Shown here one piece after another: positions 37,626-48,484 of a stretch of 64,000 nucleotides of DNA (positions within the stretch are counted from its first letter, which is position 1; each line of letters starts with the position of its first letter). The stretch lies in sequence record OP599913.1. One strand, given 5' to 3'. A program made the translations under genes and the position numbers. The notes beneath the pieces are model-generated. The model was not told the origin of the DNA. It ran no database searches and saw only the letters and a program-made list of their open reading frames with translations.

Positions 37626-40600
37626 TCAATTCAAACGGACGGTTTTATCGGTTCCCTGATTCACCTGTTTGTCTTGCATCTCCGCCATCCGACCCAGTAC
37701 CTTGTAGATCTCAGCCAGAATACTGTTCGTATCCGAACTGTTATCACCCAGTTTACCCAACGAGGCCTTAAGCTCAGCCACCAACGCAGAGTCATCACTA
37801 CGGGTGGTCGTAAGTGCCTCGGTGCCCCGAGTGGACTGAGGAACAGGTTCAGACGGCGCAGGCGGAACCGGTTGAGGTGCAGAGGGGGGTGGAGAACCCT
37901 CATTAGACCTCGGAGTCGAGATCGGGACATCCGTAGCCGGGTTACCAAAGGTGGGAGTAGGCGTAGGTGGAACGTTCCGTTGCATCGGTCCAACCACACC
38001 CCCTCCCAGTCCGGTGGTATCCTGTCCATTCACGGACTGCCCGCCTTGCACAGCGTTAAGGAACTTGTTCGCTGCTTCAGGGGACTTAAAGGCCGCGTGA
38101 ATATGCCCACCCGTGCCGAGTGCCGTTCGACTGCGGTATTCATTGATGACTTGGAATTCCTGAGGGCTCAATCCTGCCCGACGAAGAATATCCGTTACAA
38201 TGGCAACCGCTTGGTCACTTCCTTGTGCACCATTCACCAAGGTGAAGTCTAACGCCAGGCCTTTAGGATGAGCACCTTTAGACCCCTTATTGACGTGGTA
38301 GGCGTCATTCAGTGCAGAGAAGTACCGGAAACCCGGAACTGTCTGTTGAATGATTTTACCCAGTTCTTCCACAGCAGGGTGGTGTTCACCCCCCGCAATG
38401 GCTTCAGGGGATTTCAGGCGCAGTCCACTGCTACCCGGTGTATTGGTGTTAACGATCATCCCACCGTTATCACCTGACCCGTATTGTCCCCCTCCGCCTC
38501 CCATGGTTCCATTCAGGGACGGCAGACTACCACCCACAACGCCCGGAGCCGGTCTACTGACTTGAGGACGCTGGGGTTCGCTGGGGGCTTCTTGACCGTA
38601 CAGGTCGGACCCAGTTTGGCTTCCTAACCCACTTCCAGCCGTTTTATCAGCCGTGGTCAGTTCGCCACTTTGCAGTTTCTTCAGGTAATTCAGATAGAGC
38701 GCATAGCGCTGAGGCATTTCAGGTAACGGATTACCTCCATTCAACCCTGTGGCCGCTCTACCGAAGTCACCGGTTTGGCTAATACTCCTCAAGAGCTTAG
38801 AGTTCCTGAAGAAGTTCACCGCAATGGCTGCCATGACATTCGGATCGTTACTGGCCAGCTCTGGTCTGTTCTCCAGATCAATACCCAGCTCTTGGCCGAC
38901 CCTCCGGTAATTAGCACGACCCGTCAGCTGAATAAACCCACGCCCTCGGTAACGGTACCCATCACCAGCTTCCCTGTTCCCTAAGGAAGCACCTTTACCC
39001 CCACCGTACACGGTATTGGCGATGGCCACTTCGCCAGCTTGTACGAGGGCTCTCGCTTGTTCCATGCTCTTCACTTCCCTGAAGAGTTGAACCAAGCGTT
39101 CCGGACTGCTGTACTTCATGTTCTCAGTGGTCCGGGAATAGCCTGAAGACTCGTAGTTGGTAAGGGCGAGCATTTCAGCGATTTCACGGGGATCCGTAAA
39201 GCCTTGTTTCAGCATCTCACGGATGATCAACTGCTCCGCCAACGGTTTGGGTACACTCACCCCTCGATCCGTTCCTTGGTTCGTACGTACACCGGTCATA
39301 TCCAGATGACTGGTGTCCGAATCACCCGTAATAGGCGTGAAGCCAAAGGCATTCTCAGGGGTTCTGAACCGACCGTCGCTGCTGTACGTATTCCCAGCGT
39401 CTCCGCCAAAGGTACCGTACATCCCTCCTAGAGCAGAATCTCTCCGAGACCGGAACTGTTCCGGGGTAGAAACATTCGCTTGTTGGTCGGTGAGCCCACC
39501 CCCTACCCGGTGAGGACTGATCTTCTCAGCCCAGGTTTGGGCGTTGGTCTTACCCGCTTCCAATTCAGGGTCTTTGAGTTTAGCTTCTACCGACGCTTCC
39601 CCCAAGAGGTTCAACATCCTGTCAACTTTATCCGACCGCCCTGGAGAGGTTTCCCAGGCGAAGGGTGCCGCCCGTACGTTCCAGACTGAAATGGTAAAGC
39701 CAAAGACACCATTGACTTGGGTTTGAGTCAGTTCCTTGGCGATCTCATACCGTGCGGTGGCGGAAAGGGTTCTCCAAACCACACCCGGTAGCCCCCGACG
39801 GTATTTCTTCATCAGGGTCATGTAGTTGGTCAGTACCGGCAGGAACCGATCCCTGAACCACTTACACCAGGCATCCGCGTACCGATCATCCACCCGGAAG
39901 GCGTCCTTGAACCGACCGAAGAGTTCACCTATGTCGCCCTTGAACACCATGTCATCCCCTTTCGCCATAAACAGGGATTCACAATGACGTTCCAACTTGA
40001 GGACAGCTTCGACCCGCCAGGGGATATCCTTATCATTCCCGTAGGTAGCCACCCGGATAGCAGTAAGCATATCCAAGGCTTTACCATCTGGCATCAGGTC
40101 TTGGATATAGATCTGACCGACAACCGCATTGGCGGTATACGCTTTCCCTAACCGATCGATTTCACCTTTAACCTCCTTCAGGCGATCGGTGGCCTCCATC
40201 TTCTCCCCGAAGTCTTTCCACTGGGTACTCCGGTCTTCCAGCTTCCGTTCCAGTTGAACCCGTTCCTTCTGAAGGGACTCCAGACTTTGGCCTTTAACCG
40301 TAGAGACGGCAAAGGGATCAATGGTGGGATCTTTAGCCCCGACGTACTTCTTCAGAGCCTCCAGGAGGTTACCCACCCGGATGATCGTCATTTGTTGATC
40401 AAGGAGAGGAGTCTCCTGGTCAATCTTAGCTACGATCTGGTACGGGGAAGGCACCAACCCACTGAGGGCACTGTGGGCTTGCTTAGCCACCTTGTACACG
40501 ATTAAGTCAGACGAATCGTCATAGTCCTTCAACGACCGCAGTTTAACCGCATCCAAACAGGCCAGGTAGGTCAAGTAAACGGGTTTGAACCGTCCATTGA

Positions 40601-43600
40601 ACCAGGTAAAGACTTCACCAATTTCATTACGGTCTTGAGGATTGCCTACGAAGAGACGAAGGACTTCCTCAATAGGCGCTTGCTTAGACAGCGACGCACG
40701 CCCATTTCCAATCACCACATGGTCTTTTAGCAGGTTCTCAACGTTGAGGATTTTAGCCGCCAGAGGACCTTGAGGATCTGAGAGACCGTACTGAACCATC
40801 CGTAGTTCAGTTTGTTTCCCCTTACCTGAACCAAACAGGGAATCCCATCCCCATTTAGAAGTCTCCAACATCACCCCAAAGGGACTGTACATCGAAGACC
40901 CCAGGGCATCCGTAGTAGGACTCTTTCCTTTGACCTTCTCCAGAATCCATTTCGCAATGGTCTGTCCACCCAGTAAGCCCGCGGTAGCACCCACTTGTTG
41001 GTAAAGACTATTACCGGCTTTACCCACTTTAAGGATTTGGTCGGTGGTATCGAGTTTCTTCGTTTCTTCGTCAGTAGCGACCTGGTACATTTCGTATGCA
41101 GACAATGCACCAGCGCCAATCAAACCGGCGCGTCCTACACCCAGTTTACCCAGACCATTCAATAACCAACCGAGTCCACCAGCGACGCCCTTAGCGATAA
41201 TCGGCAACAGTTTAAGTCCCATACGACTGAACTTAAACAATGCACTGAACCCGCTCCAGAGGACCTTAGAACCCAGGAAGCTGGTCAACCACTCGAAGCC
41301 TTTCTTAACACCTCCTACCAAACTGCTCAGGAGACCGAAGATACCGAACTTCTTCTTCTTACCGAGTTCTTTCTCATCTTTCATACCGAAACCGAAGTTT
41401 TCAGCAATCGAGATGATGGCATTCTTAACGGTGTCGTCTTTCTCTTCCTGGAGTTTTTGCGTGCGGTCGGCCAGTGAGTTAGCTCGGGTGGTATCACTGG
41501 TCGACGCTGACCGACGGAACCGATCGGTGTTGTCCCCCGCACCCGCTTTTCCTTTAGCGGCTCTAAAGCGCTCCAGGGCGTCTTTAAGCGCTGGATTCTT
41601 TTCCATAAGGGCTTCGGTGAGGGTAAGACCGTTTCGATCTCCTAGGGACCCTGGAGGGCCTTCTGGGGCATCTTGGGAACCTGGTACTGGAGGAGTAAAG
41701 GGATTAGGGCTACCATCCGGGGATTTATACCCCCAATGTTTCAAGAGGAGGTAATAGATCCGATCCACGGAATTGACCACAGGGGAGTGATCGGTACTGA
41801 ACGGATTCTTAACCCGACCCCCCATGCCTTTCGCATACCCGCCCGCACGGTCTTTCAGTTTACCAAAGAGATCCAACCCGAACTGTCCGGCTTGTTTAAG
41901 CCCTGCACCCAGCTTGTTGATACTGGTCCCCATGGAGGTTTTAAGTCCACGGTCGTATTCTTCAGCCGTAATCAGGGTATTCCCTTCCTTGTCATACACC
42001 GGTCCATCGATCTCATCCCATCCCTGGAGTTCAACGAATCCGTCTCCACTCCGTTTGAAGTATTGACCTTTACCAAAGCGACTCCCCAGCAAAACCGGTT
42101 CATCTTCGCCTTCAATGTAAATATCCATCCGGTACAGACGTGTACGAGCTTTATCCCAAAGCCCTTTCACTCGGTTAACAGGATCCAGCCAGTTAAAGGC
42201 TTTCATAAAGAGATCCCGCACCTTATTCAGGCCTTTAAGGAATACTTCCTTGTTGTCTTCGGTAAAGAGTTTACCCGCTAAGCGGCTAGCGCCAATAACG
42301 GCTCCGTTGGCCAGGTCTTTAATACTCCCGGTAATCTGATCCCACCCCTGAATGATCTTCCCGGTGAGCATATCCAGATACTCACCCTTAAAGAGTTTAA
42401 AGGATTCAAGGATAGGGGTATCAGACCCTTCTTCGTATAGGTCTTCCGTGTCCTCGGCTCGACGAGCAGCCGCTCGGGCACGCAACTTGTTATATGCCAT
42501 CCCTAGCGCCAAGCCACCTCCTACCAATGCAGCACCTTTCGGGTTGTAGATCGCCATACCCGCCAATCCACCCAGTAACCCACCCAGTACCAACGGTTGA
42601 TTGTCCAGGAGTTTATCTATTCCCTTATTAAACAGATCCCCAAACGACGTACTCTTAATCCGTTCCAGAATACTCCGTTTCTGTTGTTGAATGACCTCTT
42701 CAGCTTCAGGGGTGGTTTTCTCGTAGGGTTGACGTTCCAAGATCTTGGTGAGGATATCGTTACGGTTCCCTCCCAGTTCTACCAGTTTACCCAGCAGGCT
42801 GTTCCCTTGGGTCACCTGGTCGTTCAGAGCGGTGAACAGAGAAGACGGATCCGTAAGACCCGAACGACTTACACCTCCCTGCTCAATATGCGCCCCGAGT
42901 TTATCTAAAGTTTCCCGTACACCCTGAAGGGTTTCATTCAACTGAGCGTTCTCAGCCGCAATCACACCTCCGGCGTCTCGACGTCCTCTTCCTCGTCTGC
43001 CAAAGGAACGGGTCTTACGCACCGCTTCTTCCAGAGGGTTGTCATACGTCATCGCACGGTCAGGGTTGTCAATGAAGGACTGGAGAACGTTCCGGAAGGT
43101 GTCCATATTGACTTCATCATGGCCATTTTCAGACTTGATGATGCCGGCTTCTTTCATGACGTTGTAATACCCAGACGAACGCAGCATATCGACGCGCTCG
43201 GCAATGTCCGGCATAAACCGACCCAGGAGGTTGGATTGTTCCGTTAACTTGGCGGCGCGTTCTCGGGCTTGTTCTGTAGGAAGACGAGCAATGGCGCTCG
43301 CCCGGTCCAGGGTACTGCCCTCCTTAAAGGCCGTAAAGGCTTCCGGGGTAATATCAAAATTCCGTTGGAACAATTCCCGGATTTCATCCGCTACCTGACG
43401 GTTTACCCCTTTGGTCTCCAAGTTCATGTACAGGTACGGACTGAACCCTTTACGTTTATCCGCGTTCTGAACCAGTTGCATCGCCAATACACGGCGGGCT
43501 TCGTTGGACAGTTCCTTATTGGGGTCAATGGAATCCACCAACCGAAGAGACGTATCCGCTTGGGACTTGAATTGGTCTTTATCCATTACCCGGTTAAAGG

Positions 43601-45239
43601 TATCCGCTACCTTTTGGTTATGGCTGACCAACTTACCCCGTACGTAGTCATAACTCGACGCTTTAAGGGTATCATCCCCCGTACGGATCTTTTCAATCGA
43701 CAAGTGAATGTGGCTGAGCAGTTCGGGAATCACTTCATTCAGGGTACGGGAAGACTGTTTGTTCCAGATCTCCGGTTCGTGGGCATCCATTAACCCGCGA
43801 CGTTTCAGGCTGTAACGACTCCCGGTGGGTTGGTACATCTCATCCAACAACCCCGCCATGCCTTTATTCGCCCCTTTCTTCAGGGTGTTAATAACCGTCC
43901 ATTCCACTTTACCCAAGGGCTTTTGGCCTGAACGGAGCGTACTGAGGTATTGTTCGTAGTCCCCATCCTCGTCAAACGAGGATCCCCAGTTGTGGTATTC
44001 CGAAAGGGTATTGACCATCCCTTCCGCATTACTGAGGTTATACGACGCTACGTTACCCAAGTCCGTGAGTTGTGCGTACGCGTTATCCGCCCATTTCCCC
44101 AGTTCCGGGAATTGTTTCTTGAACTTGGCAACGTATTCCTTCCCTTTCCGGGAATTGATCATCCGGGGGAGGTTGCTAATGAACATTTGGGCTGCAACGT
44201 TACCCACCATAGTTCCTACGTTGAGCGGCATGCCTTCCGACATCTCCGCCGCCATGCGCATAGCACCAATCAGATCACCCGCACCTCGGACTCCGTCCCC
44301 TCGCGCATCTTTACCGAACCGATCGTTAATAAACTCCCGTATTCCTCCAAAGGAGCCTTTAACCGTATTGAAGACCGATTCCCGAATGCTCTTACGCATC
44401 GCTTGACTGTGGGTGGTCTTTTCGTAATCACTCTTAGCGGAGTTCACGGCAATGGTCTTCAGTTCAGCAATCATCCGGTGATTACTGGCTTCCATGAACT
44501 TGTAGAACTTCGCGCTGGTCAAATAGGAACGGGCCAACAGGTTCACCTTGAGGGTATCATTCCTCAATTGAACTTTACGTTGGTAATTCACCATTTGTTC
44601 CAGCAGTTGGTTACTCCGCCCAATACTCAGGTTCAGGGTATTCAACCCCCCAATGGTGCGGCCACCTACTTCGGTCATCATGGCGGTAATACTTTCACCC
44701 ACCCCAATGACCGTTTCCCGCTCTAACAGGGAGTTAGCATCTTCACTCCCCAGCAGGTCTTTCACATCATTTTCGCCCACATTTTCCATGGACGGGGTGT
44801 CATTCACCGACGACGTGTATGGCTTCCAACTGCTGAAGTCATTCTGACTAAACCGAGTCAGTCCACTGGCCACACCCCCGGTGATCTTATTAGGAGCTAT
44901 TTTACCTAACTTATCACCACCCCGTTTAGCCAAGTATTGGAGGTCCACGACTGCATCGTAGCTTTCACGTTTAAGTTCGTCTACGATCTCTCTCCGACGA
45001 CGGTTAATATCCGACGCCGTCGTAAAGGCAGTCCCCCAGGTCTTAGGGAGGACCATCTTCAGGGTGTTCAACCGAGCATCGGTGTCCCCTACTGTCTGAT
45101 TCACTACTCCTGACAAAAACCCGGTTGCTACCGAACGAATGAACCCCGGTTTCTTCCCATCGAAATCGGTATCGAAATCAATATCCCCAGTAAAGGGATC
45201 CTCTCCCCAATCGAAATCATCGAATGTATTATCCGCCAT
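37626..45239 (-). CDS. tape-measure-like structural peptidoglycan hydrolase (EL gp183/phiKZ gp181-like) with GH19 and M15-type domains
   Basis: 2537 aa, long helical body; NYESSG and YRYRGRGFIQLTGRANY (GH19); HPKGLALD..GGHIH (H-x6-D, HxH zinc motif); divergent from vRNAP beta' as in phiKZ. Confidence 0.9.
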   Translation of the reverse strand: MADNTFDDFDWGEDPFTGDIDFDTDFDGKKPGFIRSVATGFLSGVVNQTVGDTDARLNTLKMVLPKTWGTAFTTASDINRRRREIVDELKRESYDAVVDLQYLAKRGGDKLGKIAPNKITGGVASGLTRFSQNDFSSWKPYTSSVNDTPSMENVGENDVKDLLGSEDANSLLERETVIGVGESITAMMTEVGGRTIGGLNTLNLSIGRSNQLLEQMVNYQRKVQLRNDTLKVNLLARSYLTSAKFYKFMEASNHRMIAELKTIAVNSAKSDYEKTTHSQAMRKSIRESVFNTVKGSFGGIREFINDRFGKDARGDGVRGAGDLIGAMRMAAEMSEGMPLNVGTMVGNVAAQMFISNLPRMINSRKGKEYVAKFKKQFPELGKWADNAYAQLTDLGNVASYNLSNAEGMVNTLSEYHNWGSSFDEDGDYEQYLSTLRSGQKPLGKVEWTVINTLKKGANKGMAGLLDEMYQPTGSRYSLKRRGLMDAHEPEIWNKQSSRTLNEVIPELLSHIHLSIEKIRTGDDTLKASSYDYVRGKLVSHNQKVADTFNRVMDKDQFKSQADTSLRLVDSIDPNKELSNEARRVLAMQLVQNADKRKGFSPYLYMNLETKGVNRQVADEIRELFQRNFDITPEAFTAFKEGSTLDRASAIARLPTEQARERAAKLTEQSNLLGRFMPDIAERVDMLRSSGYYNVMKEAGIIKSENGHDEVNMDTFRNVLQSFIDNPDRAMTYDNPLEEAVRKTRSFGRRGRGRRDAGGVIAAENAQLNETLQGVRETLDKLGAHIEQGGVSRSGLTDPSSLFTALNDQVTQGNSLLGKLVELGGNRNDILTKILERQPYEKTTPEAEEVIQQQKRSILERIKSTSFGDLFNKGIDKLLDNQPLVLGGLLGGLAGMAIYNPKGAALVGGGLALGMAYNKLRARAAARRAEDTEDLYEEGSDTPILESFKLFKGEYLDMLTGKIIQGWDQITGSIKDLANGAVIGASRLAGKLFTEDNKEVFLKGLNKVRDLFMKAFNWLDPVNRVKGLWDKARTRLYRMDIYIEGEDEPVLLGSRFGKGQYFKRSGDGFVELQGWDEIDGPVYDKEGNTLITAEEYDRGLKTSMGTSINKLGAGLKQAGQFGLDLFGKLKDRAGGYAKGMGGRVKNPFSTDHSPVVNSVDRIYYLLLKHWGYKSPDGSPNPFTPPVPGSQDAPEGPPGSLGDRNGLTLTEALMEKNPALKDALERFRAAKGKAGAGDNTDRFRRSASTSDTTRANSLADRTQKLQEEKDDTVKNAIISIAENFGFGMKDEKELGKKKKFGIFGLLSSLVGGVKKGFEWLTSFLGSKVLWSGFSALFKFSRMGLKLLPIIAKGVAGGLGWLLNGLGKLGVGRAGLIGAGALSAYEMYQVATDEETKKLDTTDQILKVGKAGNSLYQQVGATAGLLGGQTIAKWILEKVKGKSPTTDALGSSMYSPFGVMLETSKWGWDSLFGSGKGKQTELRMVQYGLSDPQGPLAAKILNVENLLKDHVVIGNGRASLSKQAPIEEVLRLFVGNPQDRNEIGEVFTWFNGRFKPVYLTYLACLDAVKLRSLKDYDDSSDLIVYKVAKQAHSALSGLVPSPYQIVAKIDQETPLLDQQMTIIRVGNLLEALKKYVGAKDPTIDPFAVSTVKGQSLESLQKERVQLERKLEDRSTQWKDFGEKMEATDRLKEVKGEIDRLGKAYTANAVVGQIYIQDLMPDGKALDMLTAIRVATYGNDKDIPWRVEAVLKLERHCESLFMAKGDDMVFKGDIGELFGRFKDAFRVDDRYADAWCKWFRDRFLPVLTNYMTLMKKYRRGLPGVVWRTLSATARYEIAKELTQTQVNGVFGFTISVWNVRAAPFAWETSPGRSDKVDRMLNLLGEASVEAKLKDPELEAGKTNAQTWAEKISPHRVGGGLTDQQANVSTPEQFRSRRDSALGGMYGTFGGDAGNTYSSDGRFRTPENAFGFTPITGDSDTSHLDMTGVRTNQGTDRGVSVPKPLAEQLIIREMLKQGFTDPREIAEMLALTNYESSGYSRTTENMKYSSPERLVQLFREVKSMEQARALVQAGEVAIANTVYGGGKGASLGNREAGDGYRYRGRGFIQLTGRANYRRVGQELGIDLENRPELASNDPNVMAAIAVNFFRNSKLLRSISQTGDFGRAATGLNGGNPLPEMPQRYALYLNYLKKLQSGELTTADKTAGSGLGSQTGSDLYGQEAPSEPQRPQVSRPAPGVVGGSLPSLNGTMGGGGGQYGSGDNGGMIVNTNTPGSSGLRLKSPEAIAGGEHHPAVEELGKIIQQTVPGFRYFSALNDAYHVNKGSKGAHPKGLALDFTLVNGAQGSDQAVAIVTDILRRAGLSPQEFQVINEYRSRTALGTGGHIHAAFKSPEAANKFLNAVQGGQSVNGQDTTGLGGGVVGPMQRNVPPTPTPTFGNPATDVPISTPRSNEGSPPPSAPQPVPPAPSEPVPQSTRGTEALTTTRSDDSALVAELKASLGKLGDNSSDTNSILAEIYKVLGRMAEMQDKQVNQGTDKTVRLN

Positions 45240-45269
45240 TGTTAATGCACTCCCGCATAAGGAAACCGT

Positions 45270-46712
45270 ATGAAACCGACTAACATTACCCTCTTAGACC
45301 CCCGGACGATTGTTCCGGGTGTCTTTAAACCTATTACGTCTACGGACTCATTTGAAGGGATGACTCAGAACCTCAATGATGATGGTCTCTTCTCCCTTGA
45401 CATCTTCGGTAAACTGGGTAGTAAACAACGTGATAACACGGAAGCGTATATCGACGTTAAACTTCCCATCTTCAATCCCACTTACCTAAAAGCCCTTATA
45501 CAGATCAAAAGTCTGTATCATTCAATTTTGAAAGGGTCGGAATACGCGGTATGGGATCCCGAACTGAAGGATTTCATAAAATCGAACATCCTGGAAGGGG
45601 AAAAGGGTTTCGCCTTCTTCCTGAAACATTTTGATGAAACCGTCTTCTCCCTGACCCCCTCTCATAAACGCAAACAACGGGTGGAACTGGCGAACCAATT
45701 CCGTAAGACAGCGTTAACGGATAAGGTCCTGGTTATCCCCGCTGGTCTCAGGGATATCCAATTCAATCCGGATGGTTCCCACACCGAACCTGAAATCACT
45801 GAATTCTACCGCGCCTTAATGTTCCGGGTGAGGGTGATCCTCGGGAATAAGGAAGATGCCCTGAACCCCCTTTACGATACCGTTCGGTGGGGGGTACAGA
45901 ATGCTTTCTTGGAATTGGATAATTACCTCTTTGGTTTACTCCAAGGGAAAGGGGGTGTTCTCCAGCGTCGTATGTCCACCCGGGGGGTTCACAACAGCAC
46001 CCGGAACGTCATTACCGCCCGTAAAGTCTCCAGGACACGTTTAGACTTCGACGACGGTGTAGGTCCTAACTCTGCGGACATGGGACTCTACCAAGCCCTG
46101 CTGAACTTCCCTTATGTCTGCATCAATGCGTTAACCAACAGCTACCTTTCCAACATCTTCACCCCCAGCTCTCAAACCGCTAAGCTGGTGAATACCAAGA
46201 CCCTGGAATACGAATACGCTGAAGTCTCCCCTGAGGTGGTAGAGAAATGGACCACCGCCACCGGGTTAATGAAACTCTTCAACGGGTTTGCCGATCCCTC
46301 CTTACGGAGTAAACCCATTGTCATTGAGTGGAAATACTTAGCCCTCATTTATGATGATGGGACTGATGTGTGTGTTCTCCATGACATCAACGATCTCCCT
46401 CAAGGGAAAGACCGTAAACGGGTGAAACCTATCACCTACATGGAACTCTTCTACTTGAGTTGCCACAGTGTCATCGAAGAACAGATTACAGGACAAACCC
46501 GGTATCCCATTACGGGGATTGGCTCTATCTTCCCGGCTAAGGTTAACCTACGTACCACCACCAATGCGAGCCAGCGGGTCATTCGTAATCCGATTGATTG
46601 GAGTGTGCGGGAAACCTGTAAACGGTTCCCTAAACGTGAAGCCCACCCCGATTACTTCGATGCCATGTCCGTAGACCCCTCTAGAGAAGCTTTGCTCGAC
46701 AGTGACCATGAT
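45270..46712 (+). CDS. rpoC: virion RNA polymerase beta' (catalytic half), exon 1
   Basis: VIPAGLRDI and GVLQRRMSTRGVHNSTRNVIT align with beta' PPDLRP and [20 protein letters not shown]; ends DSDHD, completed to DHDGD by exon 2. Confidence 0.9.
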
Positions 46713-46742
46713 TAGATAGTGATGCATGATATAAACTCACTA

Positions 46743-46794
46743 TACAACTCCTATTGTATGCGGAAATGTTCGCATTCGACCATAAGGAGTTGTA
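46743..46794 (+). promoter_or_regulatory. RBS-sequestering hairpin of the HNH gene with internal TATG
   Basis: TACAACTCCT (46743-52) is the exact reverse complement of AGGAGTTGTA (46785-94), which holds the SD; TATG at 46757-60. Confidence 0.65.
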
Positions 46795-46797
46795 AAG

Positions 46798-48069
46798 ATG
46801 TTAACGTGTTTTGGAAAGAAATACGTGTTGTCTACAACCAACACGGTTTACAATGTCACCGATAAGACAGATGTTCCAGTCCATCGGATGACAGACGGGA
46901 ATACGTTCTTCATCGCACGGGGCGATGAAAACGAACTGGTTAAGATCAAACTGGGGTTAATGATCCTCCATGGAGAAGGAAAGTTCCATCTTCCTCTCTC
47001 TGAATGGGAACAGGTGAAAGTAGGTTTTCTGGATGACGATACAGGAAACTTTGCAGCGGATAACCTTTACTTGGTCTATCCTGAAGAGGGCATCCCTTAC
47101 CCTGAACTCTCTGGGTACTACTACATCCCCGGGTTTGAACTCAACGCAATCAACCGAGACGGTGTGGTATACCGAACACTTAGAAAGAATCTTTACCCAC
47201 CGTATCTGGGTGGTAACACCGTTCCTAACAGTTTCTACCCCTTTGTTCGACTGGATGTGGTCAGTGGGGATGAACGCAAGTATGTCCACCGGCTACTGGC
47301 GGAGACCTTCGGTAAGCCGCCTAAGGGCTACCCCAAGCTAATGGTCGATCATAATGACGGTAACAAGATGAACTTCAAGCTCTTTAACTTGATTTGGGTT
47401 ACCGCTAAGAACAACACTTTCAAAGCGTACAACAATCAAGAAGCGAGAGCGGACAATAATCCCTTGGAGGTTTTTGACAGGGAATTAGGTCAAGTCTTTA
47501 AGTACGTCAGTCAAAATGAGTTTGCGAGAACCATGGAGGTGGATTCTTGGTGCATTAGTCTGGTACTCAAACGTCCTCGTTCAGTGTACAAGAACAGGTA
47601 CGTTCTTCGTCGGAAGGGAGATACCCGTGACTTCCAAGAGATCTGGGACTATAAACCCCCTGTGGGTAAGAAGATCCTTGCCCGGAATGTCTTCACCGGT
47701 GAAATCACGGTGTATAATTCATTGGCAGAGGCCTCTAGAGCAACACAGGTAGGGACAACAGGCATCCTGACGTCCCTGAGTAACACCAACCCGAGATCCG
47801 CCTTTAAAGACCTTCAATTCAAGCGGGAGTCTGACGAGACCCCTTGGCCTGATTTGAATGAATACGAACTGGAATGCATCCGGCGCAAGATGCACCCTGC
47901 TACAGCTGTGTATGAAATGTTTGATTCGGTAACCCAGGAGACGTCGATTGTGTATGGCGTTGATGCTGTTACCCGAATCACTGGAGCCAATCCCCGTACC
48001 GTTATCGTTTGCGCACGAGAAGGTAAGTTGCTCCATTCCCGTTATCGTTTCAAGAAACTCACACGTTAA
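46798..48069 (+). CDS. intron-encoded HNH homing endonuclease
   Basis: YVHRLLAETF..VDHNDGNKMNFKLFNLIWVT..NN; NUMOD4-like YIPGFELNAINRDG; three C-terminal NUMOD1/IENR1-like repeats. Confidence 0.92.
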   Translation: MLTCFGKKYVLSTTNTVYNVTDKTDVPVHRMTDGNTFFIARGDENELVKIKLGLMILHGEGKFHLPLSEWEQVKVGFLDDDTGNFAADNLYLVYPEEGIPYPELSGYYYIPGFELNAINRDGVVYRTLRKNLYPPYLGGNTVPNSFYPFVRLDVVSGDERKYVHRLLAETFGKPPKGYPKLMVDHNDGNKMNFKLFNLIWVTAKNNTFKAYNNQEARADNNPLEVFDRELGQVFKYVSQNEFARTMEVDSWCISLVLKRPRSVYKNRYVLRRKGDTRDFQEIWDYKPPVGKKILARNVFTGEITVYNSLAEASRATQVGTTGILTSLSNTNPRSAFKDLQFKRESDETPWPDLNEYELECIRRKMHPATAVYEMFDSVTQETSIVYGVDAVTRITGANPRTVIVCAREGKLLHSRYRFKKLTR

Positions 48070-48484
48070 CGCGTTTATATCCATCACTTAGTCCGGCTAG
48101 GCACGAAAGTCCTAGACCGTATTCCTCTGAATTGCTGGGAGTTCACAAAAGTCTGTTGGCTACAACGTAACTGGAAACAGTAAGCGTGAATGCGACCGAA
48201 AGGTAGAAAGAACAACAGACCTGACCTACGCTAACCAATACGGCTAAGGGTCGTAAACAAGGGACAATCAGCCGCTAAGGCGCTACCGGGTGTTAGACCC
48301 CACGCGTAAAGTTCAACGACTAAGGGAGTTATGACCCTGTACACCTACCAAGGAAGGGGGTGGAAGTGGAGGAGACCTAAGGGGGAATAAACCTATTCCC
48401 TACGGTCAAGATATAGTCTGGCCCTGTTTAATAGACAGGCAGGCACCTGAGTGTGCCGGGTCCTAGTATGGACTGACCACCGCG

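Larger units (their letters stand above)
46713..48484 (+). mobile_element. group I intron (1772 nt) carrying an HNH endonuclease
   Basis: 5' exon ends in U, intron ends in G; P AATTGCTGGGA 48130, Q AATCAGCCG 48266, R GTTCAACGACTAA 48311, S AAGATATAGTC 48408; removal restores DHD|GD in frame. Confidence 0.92.
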
